Of a DNA stretch of 23,482 nucleotides, positions 1 through 8,906 are shown piece by piece. The stretch's first letter is position 1; every line of letters begins with the position of its first letter. The translations under genes were made by a program, and so were the position numbers. The stretch is from Campylobacterota bacterium (GTDB lineage: Bacteria > Campylobacterota > Campylobacteria > Campylobacterales > Sulfurovaceae): assembly GCA_034722955.1 (NCBI GenBank), contig JAYEOM010000017.1, positions 1-23,482 of the forward strand. The letters are read 5' to 3'. The notes beneath the pieces were generated by a model. The model saw only the letters and a program-made list of their open reading frames with translations, ran no database searches and was not told where the DNA came from.

Positions 1-33
1 GAAAGTTTAGGGTCAGGTGATGAAACCAAACTT

Positions 34-99
34 TTACTCATATTTATCTCTTCCATTTACTATAGACTCTAGCCACACAGAGAGTATGCGTATGCTCAT
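34..99 (-). CDS. Possible 21-aa small ORF or gene remnant (MSIRILSVWLESIVNGRDKYE)
   Basis: On the minus strand AAAGGAG lies 5 nt before ATG (99) and the stop TAA is at 36-34. A second ATG at 41 (MSKSLVSSPDPKL...) overlaps the end of this ORF and runs off the window. No recognisable homology. Confidence 0.25.
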   Translation of the reverse strand: MSIRILSVWLESIVNGRDKYE

Positions 100-283
100 A
101 GTGACTCCTTTGTCTGGTTGAAGTGATTTGATTTGATTTTAGCTGAATGTTTGTTTGAGTTTGGTGAGAGGGTGTTTTGGTGTGTGTTTAGTGACTTAAT
201 TATTTGTTACTTCTTTGCCCATGAATGTAAAAGTGCATATTCACCACCTGACCCTAAGACCTCACCACTCTCTGTCTCGTATC

Positions 284-309
284 TGTTCCCACGCTGGATC
301 GTGGGAACA
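284..309. repeat. Perfect 10-bp hairpin TGTTCCCACG-N6-CGTGGGAACA, REP-like
   Basis: The palindrome is read directly. It resembles the GTTCCCACG...CGTGGGA class of REP palindromes as I recall them. There is no U-tract, so it is not a classical intrinsic terminator. Confidence 0.6.
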
Positions 310-512
310 ACCAACTAATATCCATAGTGTTATAGTGTTTCACCGAGGGTGTCAGGTGATTCATGATTCATTGCTTTGCAACAAATCACAAATCACCAGA
401 CCCCTCTACTGTTTCATTGCTTGTTATCTCATGACGATGGTCAAAATCCTACTTCCCAAATAGTCCATCTAGGATCCCTTTGGACTCATTTTCCGATTAC
501 GCCCCCTGCCGT

Positions 513-1163
513 TCAATCTCCACTTTTTGGTAGAGGGGGTATGCTTGGAGGTTGTTTGGGAGATTTGTTGGAGGGGGGTTTTGTGGGTGTGGGTCTCTTT
601 TTGTTGTTCCCTTTTGGTGCTTTTTTGACTTTTTTGGGTTTCTTCTTTTTCATCTCTTCCGGTACGCCATATACTACAAAACTGATAGGGGTTTTACCTT
701 TTTGGCTTAGAAGAACCAGCACTTCTCCTTTGCCCTTGTAGACACGAAAGAGATCGATATCTTTGATGACCGCATCAACAGCAACATGGTCATCACTATT
801 GAGTGGCAGGGTATAGTTATTGCCTTCACTTCTCAATAGCATACTATCTTTTTTGGCTACGACCCAACAGACTTTTGCAGATGAGAGACCATATAGTGAG
901 TTGACACTGTCTTCTAGGCACAATTGTGAAAATTCGTCATCTTTAATAGTCATGTTTCCATCAGAGCCAGCTATATCCAGAAAAAGAGCTTCTGTCGCTC
1001 TCTTTTGGCTATTTGACTTTTGAAGATGCTCAAAAAGTTGTATGTTTGATTGACGCAGCATCGCGAGACTCTTGTAGAGTGCTAGAAGGACTAAAGATAG
1101 AAGAGCGATGGATATAAGTACCTCTATAAGGGTAAATGCTCTGCTGTTTCTCTCTCTCCTCAT
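513..1163 (-). CDS. gspJ: T2SS minor pseudopilin GspJ-like, with Lys/Pro-rich C-terminal tail
   Basis: Prepilin motif SRA|FTLIEVLISIALLSLV with Glu+5; 216 aa; last gene of the gsp operon. Assignment as J rests on size and on G, H, I and K being accounted for. Confidence 0.7.
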   Translation of the reverse strand: MRRERNSRAFTLIEVLISIALLSLVLLALYKSLAMLRQSNIQLFEHLQKSNSQKRATEALFLDIAGSDGNMTIKDDEFSQLCLEDSVNSLYGLSSAKVCWVVAKKDSMLLRSEGNNYTLPLNSDDHVAVDAVIKDIDLFRVYKGKGEVLVLLSQKGKTPISFVVYGVPEEMKKKKPKKVKKAPKGNNKKRPTPTKPPSNKSPKQPPSIPPLPKSGD

Positions 1164-1166
1164 CTA

Positions 1167-2681
1167 TCAGCGATCCATCAAGCCGACACGCAGTGCCTCT
1201 TCGTAGCTCGTCTCTCCCTCTTGCATCATCTCTTTGAGTTTATCTGAGATAGTCTGCATGCCCCGCCTCTTCATCGACTCTCTGATCTCATGGTCATTTA
1301 GTCCTTTTTTGAGCATCTCTTTGACATCATCATCCAGGATAAAGAGCTCTCCAACAGCTTGACGACCTTTGTATCCGGTAAAATCACAATGCTTGCAACC
1401 CACAGCTTTATAGTATATCTTGTACCTAGAGAGATCTAGCTCCTCTGTAACCATAGGATTTATTGTGATTGCAGTTTTGCATTCGATACAGAGAAGTCTC
1501 GCTAGCCGTTGTGCCAACACTCCTAGTAGAGTGGAGGAGAGCAGATAGTCAGCGATACCCATATCCATCAATCTTGTCAAGGAGGATGTGGCATCATTGG
1601 TGTGCAGGGTAGATAGCAGGAGGTGACCTGTCAATGCAGACTGTAGAGCGATCTCTGCTGTTTCGCTATCACGGATCTCTCCTACCATGATGACATCCGG
1701 GTCTTGACGCAGGATCGAACGCAACCCTGAAGAGAAGGTCAATCCAACTTTGCTGTTGACCTGTATCTGGTTGATATTTTCTGCATTGTACTCAACAGGA
1801 TCCTCTACTGTGATGATATTTTTGTCGGGTGTTGCGATATGTTGCAAAAAAGAGTGGAGTGTGGTTGATTTACCCGAACCTGTAGGTCCTGTGACTAGTA
1901 TCATCCCATGAGAGTGGTTGAGTAGTTTGTAAAATTGCTGTGTGAGTTCCCTCTTAAAACCCAACTCTTCAAGGGAGGGGATACTCTCACTCTGCATCAA
2001 TATCCTCATAACTACCCGTTCGCCATAATAGGTAGGCAGTACAGAGACTCTCACATCGAGAGTTTTCCCTGCGATACTCACTTGCGTCCTGCCATCTTGG
2101 GGTACTCTCTTTTCGGATATATCCAAATTTGAGATAACTTTGATACGGTTGATAACTAGACTGATGATATTTTTATCAAGGTCGATATGTTTTTTCAATG
2201 CTCCATCGATACGCAACCGCACTTCGCCTTTGCGTTCACCTGACTCTATGTGGATATCACTGGCACCCTTTCTGATCGCTTGGAAAAATAGTGAATTTAC
2301 CAGCTTGATAATAGGTGCAGACTCTTCGCTAGAGAGGAGATCTTGAGCATTTTGTATAAATGCCAAAAGATCTGACTCAACCTCTATAAGCTCATCAGAT
2401 GTGGTAGAGATATCATCAAAGTCACTACCTGACTGAATCTCTAGGAACTTATTTTGCAGACGATCAAAACTCTCAAAGTCAACCATATATAGTTGATATG
2501 GGAGGTGAAGCTTGGCAAAGTGGTTGAGTGCTGCGGCCAAAGAGTTCTCCTCTACAATGGCTGATTTTTGACCCTCTACTGTAGAGAAGAGAAGTGAATG
2601 TTTGACGGCAAGTTTATGATCTATATCCTCTTCCCAAAGTGGCTCTAGGTTGACATCTGTCAGTTTTGTTATATTCATCAT
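1167..2681 (-). CDS. gspE: T2SS assembly ATPase GspE
   Basis: ASDIHIE; Walker A GPTGSGKST; Asp box TVEDPVE; LRQDPDVIMVGEIRD (Walker B); His box TGHLLLSTLHTND; Zn-binding CIEC...CKHC. Confidence 0.95.
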   Translation of the reverse strand: MMNITKLTDVNLEPLWEEDIDHKLAVKHSLLFSTVEGQKSAIVEENSLAAALNHFAKLHLPYQLYMVDFESFDRLQNKFLEIQSGSDFDDISTTSDELIEVESDLLAFIQNAQDLLSSEESAPIIKLVNSLFFQAIRKGASDIHIESGERKGEVRLRIDGALKKHIDLDKNIISLVINRIKVISNLDISEKRVPQDGRTQVSIAGKTLDVRVSVLPTYYGERVVMRILMQSESIPSLEELGFKRELTQQFYKLLNHSHGMILVTGPTGSGKSTTLHSFLQHIATPDKNIITVEDPVEYNAENINQIQVNSKVGLTFSSGLRSILRQDPDVIMVGEIRDSETAEIALQSALTGHLLLSTLHTNDATSSLTRLMDMGIADYLLSSTLLGVLAQRLARLLCIECKTAITINPMVTEELDLSRYKIYYKAVGCKHCDFTGYKGRQAVGELFILDDDVKEMLKKGLNDHEIRESMKRRGMQTISDKLKEMMQEGETSYEEALRVGLMDR

Positions 2682-2692
2682 CTGGCCTTATG

Positions 2693-4795
2693 TTATCTAG
2701 GTATATAGATACCATCGGAGGGTGTAGTCCGAATACGATTGCTCGCAGGATGAGATGAGCTCTTCACGGATGATTTGGGCATATAGACACCGCTAGAGGA
2801 TGTGGTACTGACACGGTTTCTCGCAGGGTGAGATGAGTTTTCAAATAGCGGCTTTTGGTACCATTTTGGCTTTCTTCTGCTCTCTAGAGCTTTGCGGACA
2901 AATCTATTGTATCTATTTTGGACATCTTCTAGCTCAGATAGTACTGTGCGAAGATGCTTGAGATCACCACTCTTTCTGACTATAAAAGGAGTCAAGTAGA
3001 TCACGACATTTATCTTCTGTACTACATTTCCTTTGGATCTAAAGAGTGCACCCAAGACAGGGATATCACCCAAGATAGGAACCGATGTGACACTCTTGCC
3101 TCCGGCATTTTTGATCAATCCGCCCAAGATAATAGTTTCACCATTGTTGACTATGGCATTGGTAACTACTTTTCGTTTGGTTGTTGTAGGTCGATCCTGC
3201 TCTACGGTTGCACGCTGCAGTACATCTTCGATCGTCGTCTCAACCTCCAGTGATACTTTGTTGTTGCTTGAGAGTCTTGGTTTGACTTTGAGTGTGATAC
3301 CGATATCCTCTCTGGAGTAGTTATTGATAATGTTTCCTTGACCTACGGTTGACTGTTGTGCTGATGTCAGTATAGATTGGGTACGCCCCACATAGATCTC
3401 TGCCAATTTGTTATTGATGCAGAGTACAGAGGGTTCGCTCAGGATATGAGCTGCTCCATTTTGTTTCATCAGATCAAGCTTGGCTCCTACGGCAAACATT
3501 TCACTAATATCTGAACTAAACTTGAATGGACTGGTGTCAGTTGTTATCACATTACCGTTTTGATCATACTGTGATGATGTGGTATTTAGGAAACCTTGAA
3601 GTGCAGAGGAGACCATGATAGATGATGCACCGGCATTTGCTGCCATAGTAAAGAGTCCCTGACTTGTGATCTTGCCCCCCTCAAAGCCCCACTTGACTCC
3701 TACCTGTGAAGCAAGGTCTGTATTGATCTCTACGATCTTTGCCTTTACATATACTTGAGGTTTTGGTACATCCAACTGAGCTATGGTTTTGCGAATATTT
3801 TTGATCTGATCCCCATCGGCTAGTACCACTAGGGCATTTCGTTCAAGATCACTCACAACCATGGCTTTTTTGGGAGGCTTGCCATCTTTTCCGGGTTTTG
3901 AAGGTGTCATGCTGTTCATCTGGCTTACAAGTTGACTCAATATCTTCTGCATATCTTCGACATTTGAGTTCTTCAAAGGGATAACATACATCTGTTGTGT
4001 AGTACTCTCTCCGCGAATATCCAGCCTCTTTATATAGTTGTACATCTTTTTCATATTGTCACGCTTTCCCACAAGGATGATCGTATTGGTTGCATCATCT
4101 TTGAATACATCTACCTGTTCACTCTGGATGGTTTTTGGGAAAAGTTTTTTTGACATACTGACGGCATTTGTGTAGACATCTTTGATACTGGCATATTTCA
4201 GCTTTATAAAGGCAGAGTCTTTGTCCCCTTTTTTCTCTATGGCATTTATCACCTTTTCAATCGCTATGAGTGTTTTGGGAGTTGCTGTTACTGAGAGCAT
4301 ATTGTTATCTTTAAATGAGATAACCTTTGCACTCTTGTGCAGTAGAGGTTTGATCTTTGCCCTGATCACAGAGGCATTTGCATTTTTGAGAGGGAACATT
4401 ACCGTCTTCATAGTATCACCCTCTCCTACAGCACTATCTACAGAGAGACCCTCTCCCGCAGCTTCATTTGTTTTGACTACTTGATAAAAATCACCTTGAT
4501 CCACCAGTGTCATTCCCTTGCTTGCCAAGATAGAGTTTGCCAGTGGGATCAGAGAACTTTTTTTGATCGGTGTTGTTGAGACAAAATTGACTTTCCCCTT
4601 CAGATCTCCATTGATGAGTATATTTTTTTGGGTGATCTTGCCCACCATCTCTATAAAATCCTTGACACTCAGATCTCGAAAGTTGACATCAACTCTCTCC
4701 TCATCAGATACCTGCTCGACTGAACTGTTGTTCTCCGCTTGCAATCCCAAAGTCAACACAAGCAGTAGACCCAATAGTAACTTAGTTAATTTCAT
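2693..4795 (-). CDS. gspD: T2SS outer-membrane secretin GspD
   Basis: Signal peptide; N0 (VNFRDLSVKDFIEMVGKIT) and repeated N domains; PQVYVKAKIVE; GITLKVKP; GETIILGGLI; VPILGDIPVLGALF. Confidence 0.95.
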   Translation of the reverse strand: MKLTKLLLGLLLVLTLGLQAENNSSVEQVSDEERVDVNFRDLSVKDFIEMVGKITQKNILINGDLKGKVNFVSTTPIKKSSLIPLANSILASKGMTLVDQGDFYQVVKTNEAAGEGLSVDSAVGEGDTMKTVMFPLKNANASVIRAKIKPLLHKSAKVISFKDNNMLSVTATPKTLIAIEKVINAIEKKGDKDSAFIKLKYASIKDVYTNAVSMSKKLFPKTIQSEQVDVFKDDATNTIILVGKRDNMKKMYNYIKRLDIRGESTTQQMYVIPLKNSNVEDMQKILSQLVSQMNSMTPSKPGKDGKPPKKAMVVSDLERNALVVLADGDQIKNIRKTIAQLDVPKPQVYVKAKIVEINTDLASQVGVKWGFEGGKITSQGLFTMAANAGASSIMVSSALQGFLNTTSSQYDQNGNVITTDTSPFKFSSDISEMFAVGAKLDLMKQNGAAHILSEPSVLCINNKLAEIYVGRTQSILTSAQQSTVGQGNIINNYSREDIGITLKVKPRLSSNNKVSLEVETTIEDVLQRATVEQDRPTTTKRKVVTNAIVNNGETIILGGLIKNAGGKSVTSVPILGDIPVLGALFRSKGNVVQKINVVIYLTPFIVRKSGDLKHLRTVLSELEDVQNRYNRFVRKALESRRKPKWYQKPLFENSSHPARNRVSTTSSSGVYMPKSSVKSSSHPASNRIRTTPSDGIYIPR

Positions 4796-5648
4796 AATTT
4801 AACTCCATCTCTTCTTTTCCTCGTTTGATCGTTAATGTTAGATTTTCCACTACATCGATATTTTTGTAAATTTCAAAGGCACTGTTGTAGCTATTGAGCT
4901 CTTGACCATTGATAGTTTTGATCAGATCGCCTCGTCTCAATCCCAGTTTGCTGAAGTCGCTTCCTCTTTTGACAAAATTGACTCTGAATCCTTTGATCTG
5001 ATTGCCCTCTTTGACCTCTTTGATACCAATGTTTTTCCAAATATCCTCTATGTTTTTACCATAATGATCAAGCAGACCCTTATCAATAATGGTGACATCA
5101 TCCTCTCGTATGATCTCTTCATCTTGCGGCTTCTCTTCCGGAGCATCAGAGATCTCTTCAGCTATTGAGGCTCTTCTGCTGTCTCTCTCGGGGATATACT
5201 TTACACTGTTTTTAGATCCGGTATTCTCTGTCGCTTCGATCAGATGAATAGAGTGACTCTTCTCGTCACGCAAGAAGATCGCCTCTGTAGCAGTAGCATC
5301 ATCCAGAACATAGCCATCGATAGTATCACCTCTCAGGAGTACAGAGCTCTTACCTGCTTTTGAGACAGTGATCACGATGCGATCTTCTGAACGATAGATA
5401 GCAAGGAGTTTAAAGCTATTGATATCACTGACGGGTCTCTTCTTGACCACCTTCTTTTGTTTGAGCTTCTGTACTGCAAAGCGTGTCTTGTAGTAGAGTG
5501 ATTTAATTTCAGACGGCTTTGTGTACTCTACTCCCGTAGCACTCAGGAGAGTCATCTCTGTGATAAACCATCCTATCTTGACTAGTAGCATCAAACTCAG
5601 TATGAGGATAATAGTTTTCATCATATCGGGCTTAAAAAGATGTTTCAT
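4782..5648 (-). CDS. gspC: T2SS GspC with C-terminal PDZ domain
   Basis: N-terminal TM helix, HR-like region and PDZ (LGLRRGDLIKTINGQEL). Directly upstream of gspD. The ORF is open from 5666, but ATG 5648 has a better SD-like context. Confidence 0.88.
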   Translation of the reverse strand: MKHLFKPDMMKTIILILSLMLLVKIGWFITEMTLLSATGVEYTKPSEIKSLYYKTRFAVQKLKQKKVVKKRPVSDINSFKLLAIYRSEDRIVITVSKAGKSSVLLRGDTIDGYVLDDATATEAIFLRDEKSHSIHLIEATENTGSKNSVKYIPERDSRRASIAEEISDAPEEKPQDEEIIREDDVTIIDKGLLDHYGKNIEDIWKNIGIKEVKEGNQIKGFRVNFVKRGSDFSKLGLRRGDLIKTINGQELNSYNSAFEIYKNIDVVENLTLTIKRGKEEMELNYEIN

Positions 5649-6147
5649 AATACCATCCTTTTTCACCTTTTTTAAGCATAGGTTTCAGGGATTTGATCGA
5701 CTTCTCTTCGATCAGATCAAGATGTATCTTGCTCTCATCAAGAGATAGATATCCCTGAGCATATCCAAAATCTCCTAAAACATTGAGCATAACTCTCTTT
5801 GGTTCTAGTAGTTGAAATAGTGCTGATACCTCATCTATCTGAGTAGGCATAAACCTGCTCAAGGAGTCATCTATCTTGATCTCTTTAGCTGCAACAGAGG
5901 TATAAAATAGCAGTGAAAAGAGTTTGATCTCTTGGATTTTTGCCACTCTGATACCTTTGAAATATAGTTCCGGATGTTTGAGTGTCAGTGTAAATAGCCC
6001 ACCCTCTATAGCTTCATTGTGGATGATGATATCTTCTCTCATCAACTGCTCTTCGAGTAGGTAGTATAGCTCTCTCTTTGGTGCAAAGATAGCCAATGAG
6101 AATAGAATAACAACTAGAGAGATGAGTATCTTTTTTACCATTTGCAT
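5632..6147 (-). CDS. T2SS accessory protein, probably GspN-like
   Basis: Single N-terminal TM followed by Pro (FAPK) and a beta-rich body. It follows gspM and overlaps both neighbours. Confidence 0.5.
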   Translation of the reverse strand: MQMVKKILISLVVILFSLAIFAPKRELYYLLEEQLMREDIIIHNEAIEGGLFTLTLKHPELYFKGIRVAKIQEIKLFSLLFYTSVAAKEIKIDDSLSRFMPTQIDEVSALFQLLEPKRVMLNVLGDFGYAQGYLSLDESKIHLDLIEEKSIKSLKPMLKKGEKGWYYETSF

Positions 6148-6539
6148 TTGATCTCCATCTGGTACCCTTTGTCACTACGCTTTACACTCAATATGACGAT
6201 CCTAACAGCAATATTTTTTATCTTGAGAATGACTCCATTCATCTCTTTATCGCTAAGATTTTGGAAAGATGCTGCGAGTTTTTTCCCTTTGATACTAAAC
6301 TGCTTGATCTTTGACGGAGCGATATTTTGTTTGAGTTTTTTGATAGATTGACTCAGTTTTGGGTCACCCCACTGCTCTTTGAGAACAATGATTTTACCTA
6401 TCTGGGCAGCAGAGGCTGTAGTCTCTGCCTTGGCACTATCGAGGCTATTGGCAGCACTATTTTTGTATAGATACGACAGTATCATCAATATCACTACGAT
6501 AGATAGGATAAGTTCATTTTGATAACGCTTCAAAGTCAT
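6135..6539 (-). CDS. gspM: T2SS inner-membrane platform protein, GspM-like
   Basis: 134 aa; N-terminal TM, coiled coil and a short alpha/beta C-terminal domain. ATGA overlap with the gspL-like gene. Confidence 0.6.
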   Translation of the reverse strand: MTLKRYQNELILSIVVILMILSYLYKNSAANSLDSAKAETTASAAQIGKIIVLKEQWGDPKLSQSIKKLKQNIAPSKIKQFSIKGKKLAASFQNLSDKEMNGVILKIKNIAVRIVILSVKRSDKGYQMEIKCKW

Positions 6540-7468
6540 AGCAGGATCTCTATTTTGATGATATTTTCACTGCCTATACGACTAGCTTTGTATTTTTTCT
6601 TTTTTGCGATAGATTGGATGCGTGTTACTCCCTTCTCATTGGGACATTTCAGTACAACACTGATATGTTTGCTATCTAGCAGTAGACTCTCTACCTCAAC
6701 ACCGGGAGTGACTAAGCGGGATATATCATTTAATACTTCGCGTTTATGTCGCTCATCTTTATCTATCTTGCGATACTTTGTAGCGATATTTTCTCTAGCA
6801 TATTGGCTCTGAAGAGCAGGGTACTCCTCTAGCAGGAGAGTGACTTCATCCTGCATCACTGCAATCACTCTGTTGTATCGAAGAGCCTCTGCTGCAAACA
6901 TCACAGCAAAGAGAAAAAAGATAGTCCCCAATATCCAAGTATCTTTTTTGCCGATCACAGAGTCTATATTCGCCCCAAAGGAGACACCTGAAGCTGGAGT
7001 AAATGATGAGTCAAATGTTTGAAATTTGGTCTCAAGTGGCAGGAGTGCTCGTGGGATAACTGTAACAGTATCTTGGACTCTGCTCAAAACTTCATCTCTA
7101 TTGAGTAGTACAGGTGTAGAAAATTTCTCTACAACCTGCTGAGCAAAATAGAGTTTGGAGATCTGCTCTGCAGCAATATTTTGTGACTTCAAAAATAGAG
7201 CGATCTCATCGTGATCATAGGCTATAAAGATCCAATCATCATCTTCTCTAAAGACATAATACTCATAATTTTTATCCTCTTCCAGAAGATTTTCCAATAC
7301 TGATGGGGCAAGTTTTTTCGCTTGATAGAGATATTTTACTTGAAGATCTTGGCGTTTTAGTGTATAGAGTTGTGGCGGCAACATGATATTTATAGCCTTC
7401 AGGCTCTCAACTGTCTGTAGGCTGTTGCCCAACAGCATCAATGGTTTACTGCTTCCCGTAAAATTCAA
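6536..7468 (-). CDS. gspL: T2SS GspL-like protein
   Basis: Cytoplasmic N-domain, one central TM (WILGTIFFLFAVMFAA), then a periplasmic coiled coil and alpha/beta domain. Lies between the gspK- and gspM-like genes. Confidence 0.6.
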   Translation of the reverse strand: MNFTGSSKPLMLLGNSLQTVESLKAINIMLPPQLYTLKRQDLQVKYLYQAKKLAPSVLENLLEEDKNYEYYVFREDDDWIFIAYDHDEIALFLKSQNIAAEQISKLYFAQQVVEKFSTPVLLNRDEVLSRVQDTVTVIPRALLPLETKFQTFDSSFTPASGVSFGANIDSVIGKKDTWILGTIFFLFAVMFAAEALRYNRVIAVMQDEVTLLLEEYPALQSQYARENIATKYRKIDKDERHKREVLNDISRLVTPGVEVESLLLDSKHISVVLKCPNEKGVTRIQSIAKKKKYKASRIGSENIIKIEILL

Positions 7469-8360
7469 ACTGCTCTGCCCTTCCCTCTAAATAATCAAAT
7501 CCAAATGCATAACTCCTACCCTGATAACCATAGTTTACAAGACATCTCATCCGTTCTACTATCTCCTCTGTGAATAGTTTGTCATTGTAGCGAGATATAT
7601 CACCCCCCTGATCAGTGATAAACTCTTTGAGGCTCTCACCCTCTATCCACTCCTCCTCTACTGTGGGAAGTTCCATCTCAAAGAGGAGTGATATGAGTTT
7701 GGCTGAGATATAATTTCCATCGATAATATCACTCTCCATCCCAAAGGTAAAATAACTCTCCCACGGTATACTCTCTACAGCTGCATCATCTGCTTCAAAA
7801 CGATACTCTCTGACAATGCCATGCATCTGTGAAAGAGATATTATACCTTTTTTTTGTTCTAGTCTGCTTTGATGATCTGATGGGGGTAGATTTTCAGGAT
7901 CAATTGCATATAGTATTTTGGAGAGAAGCAGAGAGCCATTTTGGATATCATACTGGTCAACTAGTTGATCAAAAATAGTCTGTGCGGTATCATAAAGTCC
8001 ATATGTACTGCTATTGTTTTCCAACCCAAGCCAGTTTATATTGACTCCATTGTCTAGTGGCTGACAAAATATAGTTGCATAAGCATCACTCTCCTCTGCC
8101 TGTATGGTAACGGGTGCAAGGTAGAGCATATCCAAGACAGCTCTTCGCGTCTCTTTGTCCTCTCCGGACTTTTTCAAGAGTGCAGAGATAGCATCTTTGG
8201 TATCTCGAAAGAGTAGATCTGCCTGTATGAGAGATGAGGTGTATGATGCATCATCTTTACTCTTCTCTAGATATGCAAAGATCACACCTACGAGTGCCAT
8301 CATGGCCACTATAACTGAAAGGGTAATAAAGAGAACTACCCCTTGTCTCATTTTATCCAT
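7446..8360 (-). CDS. gspK: T2SS minor pseudopilin GspK-like
   Basis: RQG|VVLFITLSVIVAMMALV, a K-type prepilin lacking Glu+5; VNINWL motif; acidic; 304 aa. Confidence 0.75.
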   Translation of the reverse strand: MDKMRQGVVLFITLSVIVAMMALVGVIFAYLEKSKDDASYTSSLIQADLLFRDTKDAISALLKKSGEDKETRRAVLDMLYLAPVTIQAEESDAYATIFCQPLDNGVNINWLGLENNSSTYGLYDTAQTIFDQLVDQYDIQNGSLLLSKILYAIDPENLPPSDHQSRLEQKKGIISLSQMHGIVREYRFEADDAAVESIPWESYFTFGMESDIIDGNYISAKLISLLFEMELPTVEEEWIEGESLKEFITDQGGDISRYNDKLFTEEIVERMRCLVNYGYQGRSYAFGFDYLEGRAEQFEFYGKQ

Positions 8361-8437
8361 CTAAAAGCTCTATTCATGTAAAATTTGATTATATCTTTGA
8401 TTAACCGATATTATATCGAACCAAACTAAGGAAATCT
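8361..8437. promoter_or_regulatory. Divergent gspK/gspG control region
   Basis: 77 bp between divergent starts. Minus-strand TATAAT at 8393-8388 and 8415-8410; palindrome CGATAT-T-ATATCG at 8406-8418; SD-like AAGGA before gspG. Confidence 0.5.
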
Positions 8438-8896
8438 ATGCTCAAATCAAACTCCATCAGCAGTATCAAAATAAAAAAAGTCTCAAGAGGAGCCTTTAGT
8501 CTCTTGGAGCTTCTCGTTGTCATCCTCATCTTGGGGATTTTGGCAGCCTTTGTCGCACCCAACCTCATAGGCAAAGGAGAGCAGGCAAAACGAGATCTTG
8601 TCTGTATTCAGATGAGTAGTATCGGTCAGGGTCTCAAGATGTTCAAGCTTGATAATGGTGTCTACCCTGATACGGAGGAGGGGATCTCCGCTCTGTTGAG
8701 CAATCCGGACAGTGAAAAGTATCCCAACTATCCAAATACCCCTTATTTGGAAAATATGCCCAAGGATTCATGGCAAACCCCTTTTGCATACCTCAAGACT
8801 GAGGATGGTTTTGAGCTCATTAGTTTTGGGGCAGACCGCAAAGAGGGCGGCAGTGATGATTCGGCAGATATCTTCTTGGGTCAGTGTAAAAAATAG
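8438..8896 (+). CDS. gspG: T2SS major pseudopilin GspG
   Basis: GA|FSLLELLVVILILGILAAFVAPNL; FKLDNGVYPDTEEGISALL; PKDSWQTPF; SFGADRKEGG...DI. Confidence 0.95.
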   Translation: MLKSNSISSIKIKKVSRGAFSLLELLVVILILGILAAFVAPNLIGKGEQAKRDLVCIQMSSIGQGLKMFKLDNGVYPDTEEGISALLSNPDSEKYPNYPNTPYLENMPKDSWQTPFAYLKTEDGFELISFGADRKEGGSDDSADIFLGQCKK

Positions 8897-8906
8897 TCCT
8901 AAAGTG

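Larger units (their letters stand above)
7..406. repeat. Four copies of a GGGTCAGGTGAT-like motif arranged as two inverted pairs (REP/REPIN-like)
   Basis: 7-24 TTAGGGTCAGGTGATGAA pairs with 240-257 TTCACCACCTGACCCTAA (17/18 complementary). 345-361 GAGGGTGTCAGGTGATT pairs with 391-406 AATCACCAGACCCCTC (1 bulge, 1 mismatch). Confidence 0.65.

Noticed and set aside
7..406. Possible CRISPR array
   Set aside because: The repeats are inverted, short and irregularly spaced, and there are no cas genes.
133..741. Plus-strand ORFs 133-318, 215-463 and 376-741
   Set aside because: They cross the repeat region or are antisense to the low-complexity gspJ tail, which explains the apparent G/F-rich TM. 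They have weak starts and no SD.
8712..8906. 65-aa N-terminal extension of gspH
   Set aside because: It overlaps gspG by 185 bp. The prepilin motif requires a short leader, so the start is at 8904 or 8907.
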